Shown here: positions 52,519 to 64,000 of the stretch, piece after piece
How the letters are laid out: every line of letters starts with the position of its first letter
Numbering within the stretch: position 1 is the stretch's first letter
The notes under the pieces: model-generated
The model's input: only the letters and a program-made list of their open reading frames with translations
Told to the model about the DNA's origin: nothing
Databases searched by the model: none
NCBI RefSeq assembly: GCF_032444005.1
Contig: NC_091286.1
Span: 396,056,001 to 396,120,000 of the forward strand
Source: Ranitomeya imitator
Lineage: Eukaryota
Direction: 5' to 3'
Length of the DNA: 64,000 nucleotides
Made by a program: the position numbers and the translations under genes

Positions 52519-53219
52519 GGCAGCAGCCTGTCCCTAGAACTAGAGGAAAAAATGGCAAGAATTTAACATTTTAAACAGCTGCAAGCTTAAAAGTACATAC
52601 ATATATTATCTGAGGTGTCAAATAATGCCATGTTGCTGCAGTGAGTTGTGTTTTACTGAAAAAAACAAAATGTCTCTAACTCAATAGTTTAGCAATGGGA
52701 AGCCCACGACTTCTGTGATTACAAATCACTTAACCCCTTTACCCCCAAGGGTGGTTTGCACGTTAATGACCGGGTCACTTTTTACAATTCTGACCACTGT
52801 CCCTTTATGAGGTTATAACTCTGAAACGCTTCAACGGATCCAGGTGATTCTGACAATGTTTTCTCGAGACATATTGTATTTCATGATAGTGGTAAAATGT
52901 CTTTGATATTATTTGCGTTTATTTGTGAAAAAAACGGAAGTTTGGCAAAAATTTCGCAATTTTCCAATTTTTATGCCCTTAAATCACAGAGATATGTCAC
53001 ACAAAATACTTAATAAGTAACATTTCCCACATGTCTATTTTACATCAGCAAAATTTTGGAACCAAATTTTTTTTGTTAGGGAGTTATAAGGGTTAAAAGT
53101 TGACCAGCAATTTCTCATTTTTACAACACCATTTTTTTTTAGGGACCACATCTCATTTGAAGTCATTTTTAGGGGTCTATATGATAGAAAATAACCAAGT
53201 GTGACACCATTCTAAAAAC

Positions 53220-55145
53220 TGCACCCCTCAAGGTGCTCAAAACCACATTCAAGAAGTTTATTAACCCTTCAGGTGTTTCACAGGAATTTTTGGAATGTTT
53301 AAATAAAAATGAACATTTAACTTTTTCACACAAAATTTACTTCAGCTCCAATTTGTTTTATTTTACCAAGGGTAACAGGAGAAAATGGATGCCAAAAGTT
53401 GTTGTACAATTTGTCCTGAGTACGCCCATACCCCATATGTGGGGGTAAACCACTGTTTGGGCGCATGGCAGAGCTTGGAAGCGAAGGAGCGCCATTTGAC
53501 TTTTCAATGCAAAATTGACTGGAATTGAGATGGGACGCCATGTTGTGTTTGGAGAGCCCCTGATGTGCCTAAACATAGAAACCCCCCACAAGTGACACCA
53601 TTTTGGAAAGTAGATCCTATAAGGAACATATCTAGATGTGTGGTGAGCACTTTGACCAATTAGGTGATTCACAGAAGTTTATAACGCAGAGCCGTAAAAA
53701 TAAAAAATCATATTTTTTCACAAAAATTATATTTTCGCCCCCAATTTTTTATTTTCCCAAGGGTAAGAGAAGAAATTGGACCCCAAAAGTTGTTGTGCAA
53801 TTTGTCCTGAGTACGCTGATACCCCATATGTGGGGGTAAACCACTGTTTGGGCGCATGGCAGAGCTCGGAAGGGAAGGAGCGCCATTTGACTTTTTAATG
53901 CAAAATTCACTTGAATTGAGATGGGACGCCATGTTGCGTTTGGAGAGCCACTGATGTGCCTAAACATTGAAACACCCCACAAGTGACACCATTTTGGAAA
54001 GTACACCCCCTAAGGAACTCATCTAGATGTGTTGTGAGAGCTTTGAACCCCAAAGTGTTTCACTACAGTTTATAACGCAGAGCTTTGAAAATAAAAAATC
54101 TTTTTTTCCACAAAAATTATTTTTTAGCCCCGGGTTTTGTATTTTTCCAAGGGTAACAGTTGAAATTGAAACCCAAAAGTTGTTGTCCAATTTGTCCTGA
54201 GTATGCTGATACCCAAGATGTGGGGGGAACCACCGTTTGGGCGCATGGCAGACCTCGGAAGGGAAGGAGTGCCATTTGGAATGCAGACTTAGATGGATTG
54301 GTCTGCAGGCGTCACGTTAAATTTGCAGAGCCCCTGATGTAACTAAACAGTAGAAATCCCTCACAAGTGACCCCATATTGGAAACTAGACCCCCCCAAGG
54401 AACTTATCTAGATGTGTTGTGAGAACTTTGAACCCCCAAGTGTTTCACTACAGTTTATAATGCAGAGCCGTGAAAATAAAAAATCCTTTTTTTCTACAAA
54501 AATTATTATTAGCCCCCAGTTTTATATTTTTCCAGGGGTAACAGTTGAAATTGAACCCCAAAAGTTGTTGTCCAATTTGTCCTGAGTATGCTGATACCCA
54601 ATATTTGGGGGGAACCACCATTTGGGCGCATGGCAGAGCTCGGAAAGGAAGGAGCGTCATTTGGAATTACAGACGTAGATGGATTGGTCTGCAGGTGTCA
54701 CGTTGCATTTGCAGAGCCCCTTATGTAACTAAACAGTATAAACCCCCACAAGTGACCAAATATTGGAAACTAGACCCCCCAAGGAACTTATCTAGATGTG
54801 ATGTGAGAACTTTGAACCCCCAAGTGTTTCACTACAGTTTGTAACGCAGAGCCAGGAAAATAAAAAATCTTTTTTTTTCCCAAAAAATATTTTTTAGCCC
54901 CCGTTTTGTATTTTCCCAAGGGTAACAGGAGAAATTGGACCCCAAAAGTTGTTGTCCAATGTGTCCTGAGTACGCTGATACCCCATATGTTGGGGTAAAC
55001 CCCTATTTGGGCACACGGGAGAGCTCGGAAGGGAAGGAGCACTGTTTTACTTTTTCAACGCAGAATTCGCTAGAATTGAGATTGGACATGATGTCGCGTT
55101 TGGAGAGCCCCTGATGTGCCTACACAGTGTAAACCCCCCAATTAT
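53220..55145. repeat. About 5 tandem copies of a 385-390-bp unit
   Basis: The anchor aagggtaacag..gaaattg recurs at about 53368, 53759, 54149, 54534 and 54918. Confidence 0.9.
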
Positions 55146-55150
55146 AACTG

Positions 55151-55500
55151 AAACCCTAATCCAAACACACCCCTAACCCTAATCTCAATGGTAACCCTAA
55201 CCACACCCCTATCCCTGACACACCCCTAACCCTAATCCCAACCCTATTCCCAACCATAAATGTAATCCAAACCCTAACCCTTACTTTAGCCCCAACCCTA
55301 ACCCAACTTTAGCCCCAACCCTAACCCTAACTTTAGCCCCAACCCTAACTGTAGCCNNNNNNNNNNNNNNNNNNNNNNNNNNNNNNNNNNNNNNNNNNNN
55401 NNNNNNNNNNNNNNNNNNNNNNNNNNNNNNNNNNNNNNNNNNNNNNNNNNNNNNNNNNNNNNNNNNNNNNNNNNNNNNNNNNNNNNNNNNAACCCTAATG
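55151..55500. repeat. Degenerate telomere-like (CCCTAA)n array spanning an N gap
   Basis: aaccctaa, cccctaaccctaat and a higher-order ctttagccccaaccctaaccctaa unit. Gap at 55357-55490. Confidence 0.88.
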
Positions 55501-57109
55501 GGAAAATGGAAATAAATACATTTTTTAAATTTTTTTATTTTTGCCTTACTAAGGGGATGATGATGGGGGGGTTTGATTTACTATTTATAGTGGGTGTTTA
55601 AGCGGATTTTCAAGATTGGCAGCCGTCACACACTAAAAGACGCTTTTTATTGCAAAAAATATTTTTTTGCATTACCACATTTTGAGAGCTATAATTTTTC
55701 CATATTTTGGTCCACAGAGTCATGTGAGGTCTTGTTTTTTGTGGGACGAATTGACGATTTTATGACTAACATTTTCGGGCACGTGACATTTTTTGATCGC
55801 TTTTTATTCCGATTTTTGTGAGGCAGAATGGCCAAAAACCAGCTATTCATGAATTTCTTTGGGGTGGGGGGGGGGGGTCGTTTATACCGTTCTTTGTTTG
55901 GTAAAATGGATAAAGCAGTTTTATTCTTTGGGTCAGTATGATTACAGCGATACCTCATTTATATCATTTTTTATGTTTTGGCGCTTTTATACGATAAAAA
56001 CTATTTTATAGAAAAAATAATTATTTTTGCATCGCTTTATTCTGAGGACTATAACTTTTTTATTTTTTCACTAATGATGCTATATGGCAGCTTGTTTTTT
56101 GCGGGACAAGATGCCGTTTTCAGCGGTACCATGTTTATTTATATCCGTCTTTTTGATCGCGTGTTATTCCACTTTTTGTTCGGCAGTATGATGATAAAGC
56201 GTTGTTTTTTGCTTTGCTTTTTTTATGGTGTTCACTGAAGAGGAAGGGGGACAGTTTTATAGGTCGGGTCGTTACGGACACGGCGATACTAAATATGTGT
56301 ACTTTTATTGTTTTTTTTATTATTTAGTTAAAGGAATGTATTTATTGGAACAATATATTTTTTTTATTATTATTTATTTAGGTTTTTTTTTTTCACACGT
56401 GTAATTTTTTTTTTTAACTTTTTTTACTTTTCCCCAGGGGGGGGATCACATTATTTTAACAGATCGCTGATCTGACACTTTGCTGTGCACTGTGTCAGAT
56501 CAGCGATCACACATGCACAGCAGTGAGGCTTACCAGCGCTTTCTCTGAGCAGGCATTGGTAAGACACCTCCCTGCAGGACCCGGATGCAGCCCCGTGACC
56601 ATTTTGAATTTGGGCCTGCAGGGAGGAGGAGGTAAGAGACCCTCGCAGCAATGCGATCACATCGCCTTGCTCCGAAGGTCTCCGGGAAGCACGCAGGGAG
56701 CCCCCTCCCTGCGCGATGCTTCCCTATACCGTCGGAACGATGCGATCATGTTTGATCACAGTGTTCCAGGGGTTAATGTGCCGGGGGCGGTCCGTGACCG
56801 CTCCTGGCACATAGTGCCGGATGTCAGCTGCGATAGTCAGCTGACACCCGGCCGCGATCGGCTGCGCTCCCCCCGTGAGCGCGGCTGATCGCTCTGGATG
56901 TACTATTCCATCCTTGGGAAGTAGGGCCCACCCCACATGGACGGAATAGTACATCCAATGGTAGAAAGGGGTTAAAAAAACTAATGACACAGTCAACGTC
57001 GCTTTTTAATATTTTCCTTACCCTACTTTGAAGAGCCATAACTTTTTTGTTTTCCATTGAGATGAGGGCTTCTTGCTTATGAGACAAGTTGTAGTTTTGA
57101 ATGCACTTT

Positions 57110-57735
57110 TAGGGTTGAGCGACCTTTACTTTTATAGGATCGGGTCGGGTTTCACGAAACCCGACTTTTTCAAAAGTTGGGTCGAGTGAAATCGGCCGAT
57201 CCTATAAAAAAGTCGGGGTCGGGGTCGGACGAAACCCGAAACCCAATGCAGTGCATTGGGTTTCCATGGTTCCCAGGGTCTGAAGGAGCGGAAACTCTCC
57301 TTCAGGCCCTGCGATCCATATTTCACCTTCGGTGACGTCGCGGTGACGTCGCGGCTTGTGATTGGTCGCGCGAGCGGTCACATGGGCGGCCGCGCGGCCA
57401 ATCACAAGCCGCGACGTCACCGCGAACGTCACCGCAAGGTCCTGGAAGGCTGTTTCTAAGGAAGGAAGGTTCCCGGTTGGTACCAGGGCGCGTCAGAGGG
57501 TAAGTATTGCGATATTTTTTATTTTAATTCTTTATTTTACACTTAAATCTGAATTCCGATACCAATTCCCGATATAAACATATCGGGAATCGGTATCGGA
57601 ATTCCGATTCTAGATTCAAAAGATCGCCGACTTCATGGCCGACCCCACACAGGGGTCGGGTCGGGTTTCATGAAACCCGACTTTGCCAAAATTCGGCGAC
57701 TTTTGAATATTTTCGACCCGTTTCGCTCAACCCTA
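57110..57735. mobile_element. hAT-like MITE
   Basis: TAGGGTTGAGCGA ... TCGCTCAACCCTA TIRs with perfect 8-bp TSD tgcacttt (57102-57109 and 57736-57743). Confidence 0.92.
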
Positions 57736-58209
57736 TGCACTTTACCAAATAGTTTACAGAAAAATGTGAAACAATAAATAAACTGATGAGAAATATAAAA
57801 AAAAAGCTATTTTATAATTTTGTAGGTTTTATTTTTAAGACACTTGCACTATTTCAATGCCGTGAAAAAAAATTCTGAGCTTTTCCTTGTGTCACCATTT
57901 TTCAAGATACATACCGAACCTTTTGTTTTCTTGTTCATGGAGCTTAATGAGGGATTGTTTTTTAGTACTAATCTGCAATTACTATTAGTACAATTTTGGG
58001 ATACGTTAAACATTTTTATTACAGCTGATTTTCCCAGTCGTTGCTGCTATAAGTAGATGCCAGCTGTTTAACACAGCTGGCATGTGTGTTGTGTGGAGTA
58101 GACTCTGCTCTGCCTGCTCTATACATTCATCTAACGTCATTGAGGAATACATACAGATGCATCATGAAGTAATAATTGGCGAAATAAAAACAAGGATTCT
58201 TTCTTTTAA

Positions 58210-59490
58210 CCCCTTACCGGCATCGGACGTACTATACCGTCCGATGCCGGCTCCCCTGCTTTGATGCAGGGCTCCGCGGTGAGCCCGCACCAAAGCCGGG
58301 ACATGTCAGCTGTTTTGAACAGCTGACATGTGCCCGTAATAGGCGCGGGCAGAATCGCGATCTGCCCGCACCTATTAACTAGTTAAATGCCGCTGTCAAA
58401 CGCAGACAGCGGCATTTAACTACCGCTTCCGGCCGGGCGGCCGGAAATGACATCATCGCCGACCCCCGTCACATGATTGGGGGTCGGCGATGCTTGTATA
58501 TTGTAACCATAGAGGTCCTTGAGACCTCTATGGTTACTGATTGCCCGTCGCTGTGAGCGCCACCCTGTGGTCGGCGCTCACAGCACACGTGCAATTCTGC
58601 TACATAGCAGCGATCAGCAGATCGCTGCTATGTAGCAGAGCCGATCGGGTTGTGCCTGCTTCTAGCCTCTCATGGAGGCTATTGAAGCATGGCAAAAGTT
58701 AAAAAAAAAAGTTTAAAAAAATGTGAAAAAAATAAAAAAAACATAAAAGTTTAAATCACCCCCCTTTCGCCCCAATCAAAATAAATCAATAAAAAAAATA
58801 TCAAATCTACGCATATTTGGTATCGCCGCGCTCAGAATCGCCCGATCTATCAAATAAAAAAAAAATTTAACCTGATCGCTAAACAGCGTAGCGGGAAAAA
58901 AACTCGAAACGCCAGAATTACGTTTTTTTGGTCGCCGCGACATTGCATTAAAATGCAATAACGGGCGATCAAAAGAACGTATCTGCACCGAAATGCTATC
59001 ATTAAAAACGTCATCTCGGCACGCAAAAAATAAGCCCTCAACCGACCCCAGATTATGAAAAATGGAGACGCTACGACTATCGGAAAATGGCGCAATTTTT
59101 TTTTTTTTTTTAGCAAAGTTTGGAATTTTTTTTCACCACTTAGATAAAAAATAACCTAGTCATTTTTGGTGTCTATGAACTTGTAATGACCTGGAGAATC
59201 ATAATGGCAGGTCATTTTTAGCATTTAGTGAACCTAGCAAAAAAGCCAAACAAAAAACCAATGTGGGATTGCACTTTTTTTGCAATTTCACCGCACTTGG
59301 AATTTTTTTCCCATTTTCTAGTACACGACATGCTAAAACCAATGATGTCGTTCAAAAGTACAACTCGTCCCGCAAAAAATAAGCCCTCACATGGCCAAAT
59401 TGACGGAAAAATAAAAAAGTTATGGCTCTGGGAAGGAGGGGAGCGAAAAACGAACACGGAAAAACGAAAAATCCCCCGGTCATGAAGGGG
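58210..59490. mobile_element. Young piggyBac-like non-autonomous TTAA element (1281 bp)
   Basis: ttaa|CCCCTT ... AAGGGG|ttaa, with many CpGs retained compared with the related copies at 3204 and 4912. Confidence 0.9.
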
Positions 59491-60366
59491 TTAAAAAACA
59501 ACAACATGCCTATCCATGGATTGTGGAATAATGTAAGGAGGTTGCTTTCCCTGCTCCTTACCTGGAACCACTTAGTCAGACAGCTGGGTTGTTCGGGGGA
59601 AGACTTTCTGCCCTGGACAGAAGGGACCGTGTGACTACTGGGGGCAGAGAGGAAGAGAGAGGGGTGTGGTCAGAAAAGAGCGTGAGAACAGAGCGTGCGG
59701 GACAGAGGGGACAGCGCACCAGAGAGAGAGCAGGCTGCAGTGCCGCGCTCCCCGAAAGAGAGTGCTCCCTGTGAGGGCACTGAGGCTGAGATACCAGCCG
59801 TAGTGAAGGCTGGATGTGAGAGTGTGGACTTGGAAGCCTCCGTAATCAAAGAAGACGTATCCCCTGACAGTGACCTGAGCGTGCAGCCCCGGTGACTGCA
59901 CTGACAAACCAGGACCCCTGAGTGTGACAAAGTACACTGCTCAGTGTGTGTGTAGCATTGCTGCTGCAGAGAGAGACTGCCAGCCTAATACCCAGAGACT
60001 AACAAGCAGGGTGGCTGTGTTACTTCCTGCTTCCAGCTTCACTGGGAGAAAAGACTGAAAAGACTTAACCCCGAAGTCTACTATTCCCAGGAGACAGAGG
60101 AGAGACTTCAGGATCCTCAAGCGCTGCTGGTGACTGTACCCACGTTGGAATAAGGACCCTCCAGTCAGGACCACCCTGGACTGATAAGTTACAAGAACAT
60201 TTGTTAACTGTTTCGATTCCGCTTATTTTTTTTACTGTTTGCTTTATCTCTATTAACCCTCTGTTTACTCCCTGCAAGGAGAATCTTACTCCTGTTAATA
60301 AATTCCCCTCAACAGTTGGTCTATCTGTTCCGTAGTGACATACCCAATCCTGCACTCTATTACACT

Positions 60367-60384
60367 TGGCGTAGTCAGCAGGAT
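60367..60384 (+). promoter_or_regulatory. Primer-binding site, tRNA-Ser type
   Basis: TGGCGTAGTCAGCAGGAT lies 2 nt after the LTR. It is complementary (1 mismatch) to the vertebrate tRNA-Ser 3' end ATCCTGCCGACTACGCCA (recalled). Confidence 0.8.
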
Positions 60385-60523
60385 GTCACATGGTAGCATG
60401 GAAAGGGCAGACCAAGCAGTTGGGGGAGGCCCCAGGTCTAGCGTCTTCCTGGGAGCCATGTTAGTTAACCTGCCAAAACTCTCGGGGAGTGATGTCATGT
60501 TGTGGAGTTGGACGGAGCGCATC

Positions 60524-61769
60524 TGCAGCGCCCCAGAGATCTGGTCGTTGCAGTATGACACTCTGCCACTAAGGGGAGTGATGGTACGTCTGATGGCACT
60601 GAAGGAATTCTACTGACCAGGCATCACCAGCACACATTACACTTCACACTCCGGCCACTAGGGGGAGAAAAAGGCTTTATTTATTGGGCCACTCCTCACA
60701 CTGGTAAAGCTAGGGGTTGGATAGGAAGTTAGTCAGAAGCTGACTGGGTTGGATTCAGGCAACATCCCGTGGCAGGGGGTGTTGCAGGGAGAAGACACAG
60801 GGGGGGTCCCTGTCGGGCGTGGGAACCTGGCAGGTGCCTAGCGAACATATCAAAACGTAACGGAACCGCGCCTGCACACCCTGCGGCGGTATCCTAAGAG
60901 AGAGACACGAAGGGAAGGATATTGTGGAACAGTGAGAAACGAGATCAAGCACAAAGGAGAACCAGTAGGAGTCGTGCCGTGAGACCGAGGCAACATCCTA
61001 CTGAGGCGTGCAGCCGGTGGCCGGAACACCGCGGGAGTAACTGACTCTAGGCCTTACTTCAAACTCTGCAGGACAGTTAATTATAGGTTGGCTGTCTACC
61101 TTAAATTTCCTACGAAGACATAGGGGGCAACGCGTGGAGAGGGGCATCTCTAGGGTCCCGGAAGAGCTCCGAGCCTTCCCGTCATACGGGTGCATCCTAG
61201 CCATAGCATACTGGGGGACGAGAAACTAGTAACATCTGGAACAAGCAAGAGAGAATTAGAAAGAACGAACGAACGAGAACAGCAGTTGTGAGGACTATTC
61301 CGAATGCTCAGCAGGGTAGCACTACAACACACAGGCGCTAGTGGTAGGCACTGATTTCCACCTGCAAAGGGAACTCTGGAAGTGCACATCGGACCGGCCG
61401 GTCTCAGAAAGCCCTGTTAATCGTGCTCTGGATTGAGGATCCTGAAGTCTTCAGTAAAGAGGTAAAGAGACTGCAACCCTGTGTCCTCGTTATTGACTGC
61501 ACCTCACACAATCACCATCCACCTTACTGGGAAGCGCTGGGGACATACTTCACCTGTGGGAAGGTATACCATCCAGCTGCCATTCCATCACCCCAGCGGA
61601 CCCCACAGCAGCGTCGGTCACCCTGACCAAACACCACAGGTGGCGTTACGAAACATTGACAGACTCCTATCCCCTTTTACTGGACGCCCCTTAGTAGGGT
61701 CACGGAACCGGGTCTAACCAGAGAGGCCCGGTACCGAGAACACGTGGCCCTGTGTCTGGGGGCGCTCCA
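60524..61769. mobile_element. Solo LTR (1246 bp) nested in gag
   Basis: TGCAGCGCCCC ... GGGGCGCTCCA ends, 4-bp TSD catc. Removing it rejoins the gag frame as ERI-RGMM. Confidence 0.9.
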
Positions 61770-62912
61770 CATCCGAGGGATGATGTAGATGCATCCTATG
61801 ATGCCGGCTCCACAGGTGGAAACAGCTGTGATGGCCCTAGAGGGGGATGCACAGGACTCTGTTATGCTCAGCCCCTCCCCCCCCCCCCCAGGCGAGAGAT
61901 ACCCTGGACAAGGTATTACGAATACTTGAGACGCATGGGGACCCCACTGATGTAGGGGAGCTGCACATGCGACTGTTTTGCCGGGTACGAAGAGAGGGGG
62001 AGACCATGATGTAATATATGAATGCCCTGCAGGAGCTTCATACTGCTATCATACGGAAGGACGGCATAGGTGTGGGGGCAATTGACATTGTGCTGCGAGA
62101 CCAACTGGTGACAGGCTTACGAGATGTGTTGATGAAACAGGCCCTGCGAGAGCGCATATGCGTAAAGCCAGATACGGCTTTCTCTGAGGTCAGGAGTGAG
62201 GCACGTATGTGCGAGCAAGAGAAAGGGGTGGTAGTGCCAGTGGGGGAGGTATGGAGCGGGGAGGTAACCGCCCCTCAATGGGTACAAGACTTGAAGAAGG
62301 AGGTTAAACGAGTCCATGAGGAAGTGGCTGAACATAAGAAGACCCCTGCTGCAGAGTACAGCCCTCCGTTGCAAGAAAGAGAGACCACCCCCCAGAGTGA
62401 GACTAGTGCCGCTCGGTGAAGAAGACTGCTGACATGCTGCAATTGTGGAGCGCCCAGTCAGAATGAAGAGGAGATGACATGGACCTGGGATTCTCGGTTG
62501 AAGATAAGAATCTGGGAAGAGATTGAGAGTCTGGGGAAAGCCCTGACTGCCGTTTTGGGGACCAGTGGCATACCCCGAGGTAACGTGCGGAAGCAGCCAG
62601 AAAGAGATAGTGGAGAGGTGCATAGCATGAAGAAAGCTTCAGTTGTGGTCCCAGAGTGTAACTTCATATCCTGGAGTGAAGAGCAACCGCAGATGAGAGA
62701 TGTCTCCTGCCGAGGTCAACGATCCAGACTGACGTGCCCTCCTGACAGACACAGACGTGAGTGCTGGTCATGCAGAAGGGTTGGACACATGTCCAGAAAT
62801 TGCCATACCCAAAAAGAGCTGTGGCAGAGATCCGCACACCCCTCTGAGGGTCCTGCTAACTGGAGGGAACATCTCCCCCGGAGAGAGTGGTACGGCAGGA
62901 AGAGAAGAGCCC

Positions 62913-63698
62913 TGTTATGACCTGGTGGTTAGGAGCACCCGGAATGACCTGATAGTTAAACCTCATACAGGACGAGCTCTGGGATGTGGGAGCTCTGCTG
63001 ACCGCAAGCCCTAATCCTATCACACACACTAAAAATAGCCGTGGAGCGCTCCTGACGCTCCCTAGGCGCCTCGTCACAGCCTAAGATCTAGCTAGCCCCA
63101 GAGATAGAAAATAAAGCCTACCTTGCCTCAGAGAAATTCCCCAAAGGTAAAGGAAGCCCCCCACATATATTGACTGTGAGTAAAGATGGAAGTCACAAAC
63201 GCAGAGATGAAACAGGTTTCAGCAAAGGGAGGCCAGACTTACTAAATAGACAGAGGATAGGAAAGGTAACTTTGCGATCAGCACAAAAACCTACAAAAGA
63301 CCACGCAGAGTGTGCAAAAAAGACCTCCGCACCGACTCACGGTGCGGAGGGGCCACTCTGCATCCCAGAGCTTCCAGCTAGCAAGGCAAAATCATGATAA
63401 CCAGCTGGACAAGAAAACAATGAACAAATAATGACTATCAGGAACTTAGGAGAAGGCAGGTCACCAGAGAGATCCAGAAGCGAACTGAACCAATGCAAAA
63501 ACATTGACAGCTGGCATGGAGTAACGATCTGAGAGGAGTTAAATAGAGCAGCCAACCAAAGGATAACCCACGTCACCTGTGTAAGGAACCTCAGAAGCAG
63601 CAGCTTCACTCATAGCCACCAGAGGGAGCCCATAGACAGAACTCGCCAAAGTACCATTCACGACCACAGGAGGGAGTTTGACAACAGAATTCACAACA
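62913..63698. mobile_element. Second solo LTR (786 bp) nested after the zinc knuckle
   Basis: TGTTATGA ... TCACAACA ends, flanked by the 6-bp direct repeat gagccc. Confidence 0.85.
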
Positions 63699-64000
63699 GA
63701 GCCCCACCTAGAGCAAGACAGTACCAAAATGTTGGATGTCCAGGAGAAGGGAAAAAGTGTTCCTGTGACGCTCGTTTTCATGGTCCTAGTCGATGAGAAG
63801 GAAGAACCACTGTTGTCACCCCCTGAGGTGAAGAGTGTGCTGGCTGTCAGCTCACAAGATCCTGATCGGACAGAGGAAATGGAACAGCTGTGTGAGACGG
63901 GGTGTGTGGCTGAGAAGCCCTGGGAAGTGATGCCCGCAGAGCCCAGCACAGATGATGAAGAGTCCGGCCTGCATGGTCTTAATCCATCGGATTCTAGTTT

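Larger units (their letters stand above)
52734..56971. mobile_element. Large piggyBac-like non-autonomous TTAA element with internal tandem arrays
   Basis: ttaa|CCCCTTT ... AAAGGGG|ttaa ends. No transposase ORF. Contains a ~388-bp tandem array and a CCCTAA-rich array. Confidence 0.8.
59532..64000 (+). mobile_element. Ty3/Gypsy-type LTR retrotransposon (5' LTR 59532-60364, PBS, disrupted gag); continues off the window
   Basis: LTR TGTAA...TTACA with AATAAA at 60297. PBS follows. Gag fragments MSHGSMERAD...LPKLSGSD...W..ERI, MNALQELH...LRDQLVTGLRD, and a CCHC knuckle CWSCRRVGHMSRNC. Confidence 0.88.

Noticed and set aside
63029-63038. Perfect MEF2 sites CTAAAAATAG (63029) and CTATTTATAG (55581) upstream of a muscle gene
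   Set aside because: Both lie inside repeats, and a rough estimate gives many YTAWWWWTAR matches by chance in 64 kb of AT-rich DNA. Unsupported without ChIP or conservation data.

Overview
Vertebrate genomic DNA, not prokaryotic. The repeat content looks anuran (inference). The window holds the 5' part of a minus-strand myomesin-2 (MYOM2, M-protein) gene. I could splice eleven coding exons by hand (equivalent to human exons 2-12) from the ATG at 52518 down to 572. All introns are GT-AG with consistent phases, giving 1480 nt of open CDS: head domain, Ig domains My2-My3 and the first Fn3 domain. The gene continues beyond base 1, and non-coding exon 1 was not found. Introns and the upstream 11 kb are packed with transposons. 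These include one apparently intact Tc1/mariner (340-aa DD34E ORF, 200-bp TIRs with 1 mismatch), decayed Tc1 copies, two L2 LINEs, L1 remnants, a Helitron, and many TTAA (piggyBac-like, Kolobok/T2-like), hAT-like, Harbinger-like and pogo-like MITEs. A Gypsy-type LTR element carries two nested solo LTRs. There are five N gaps. I found no evidence of a novel enzymatic or defence system. The most interesting items are a repeat-expanded MYOM2 head exon, the intact Tc1, a telomere-like array inside a TTAA element, and splice-donor motifs shared across unrelated MITE families. Comparisons with human MYOM2 are from memory and need an alignment.
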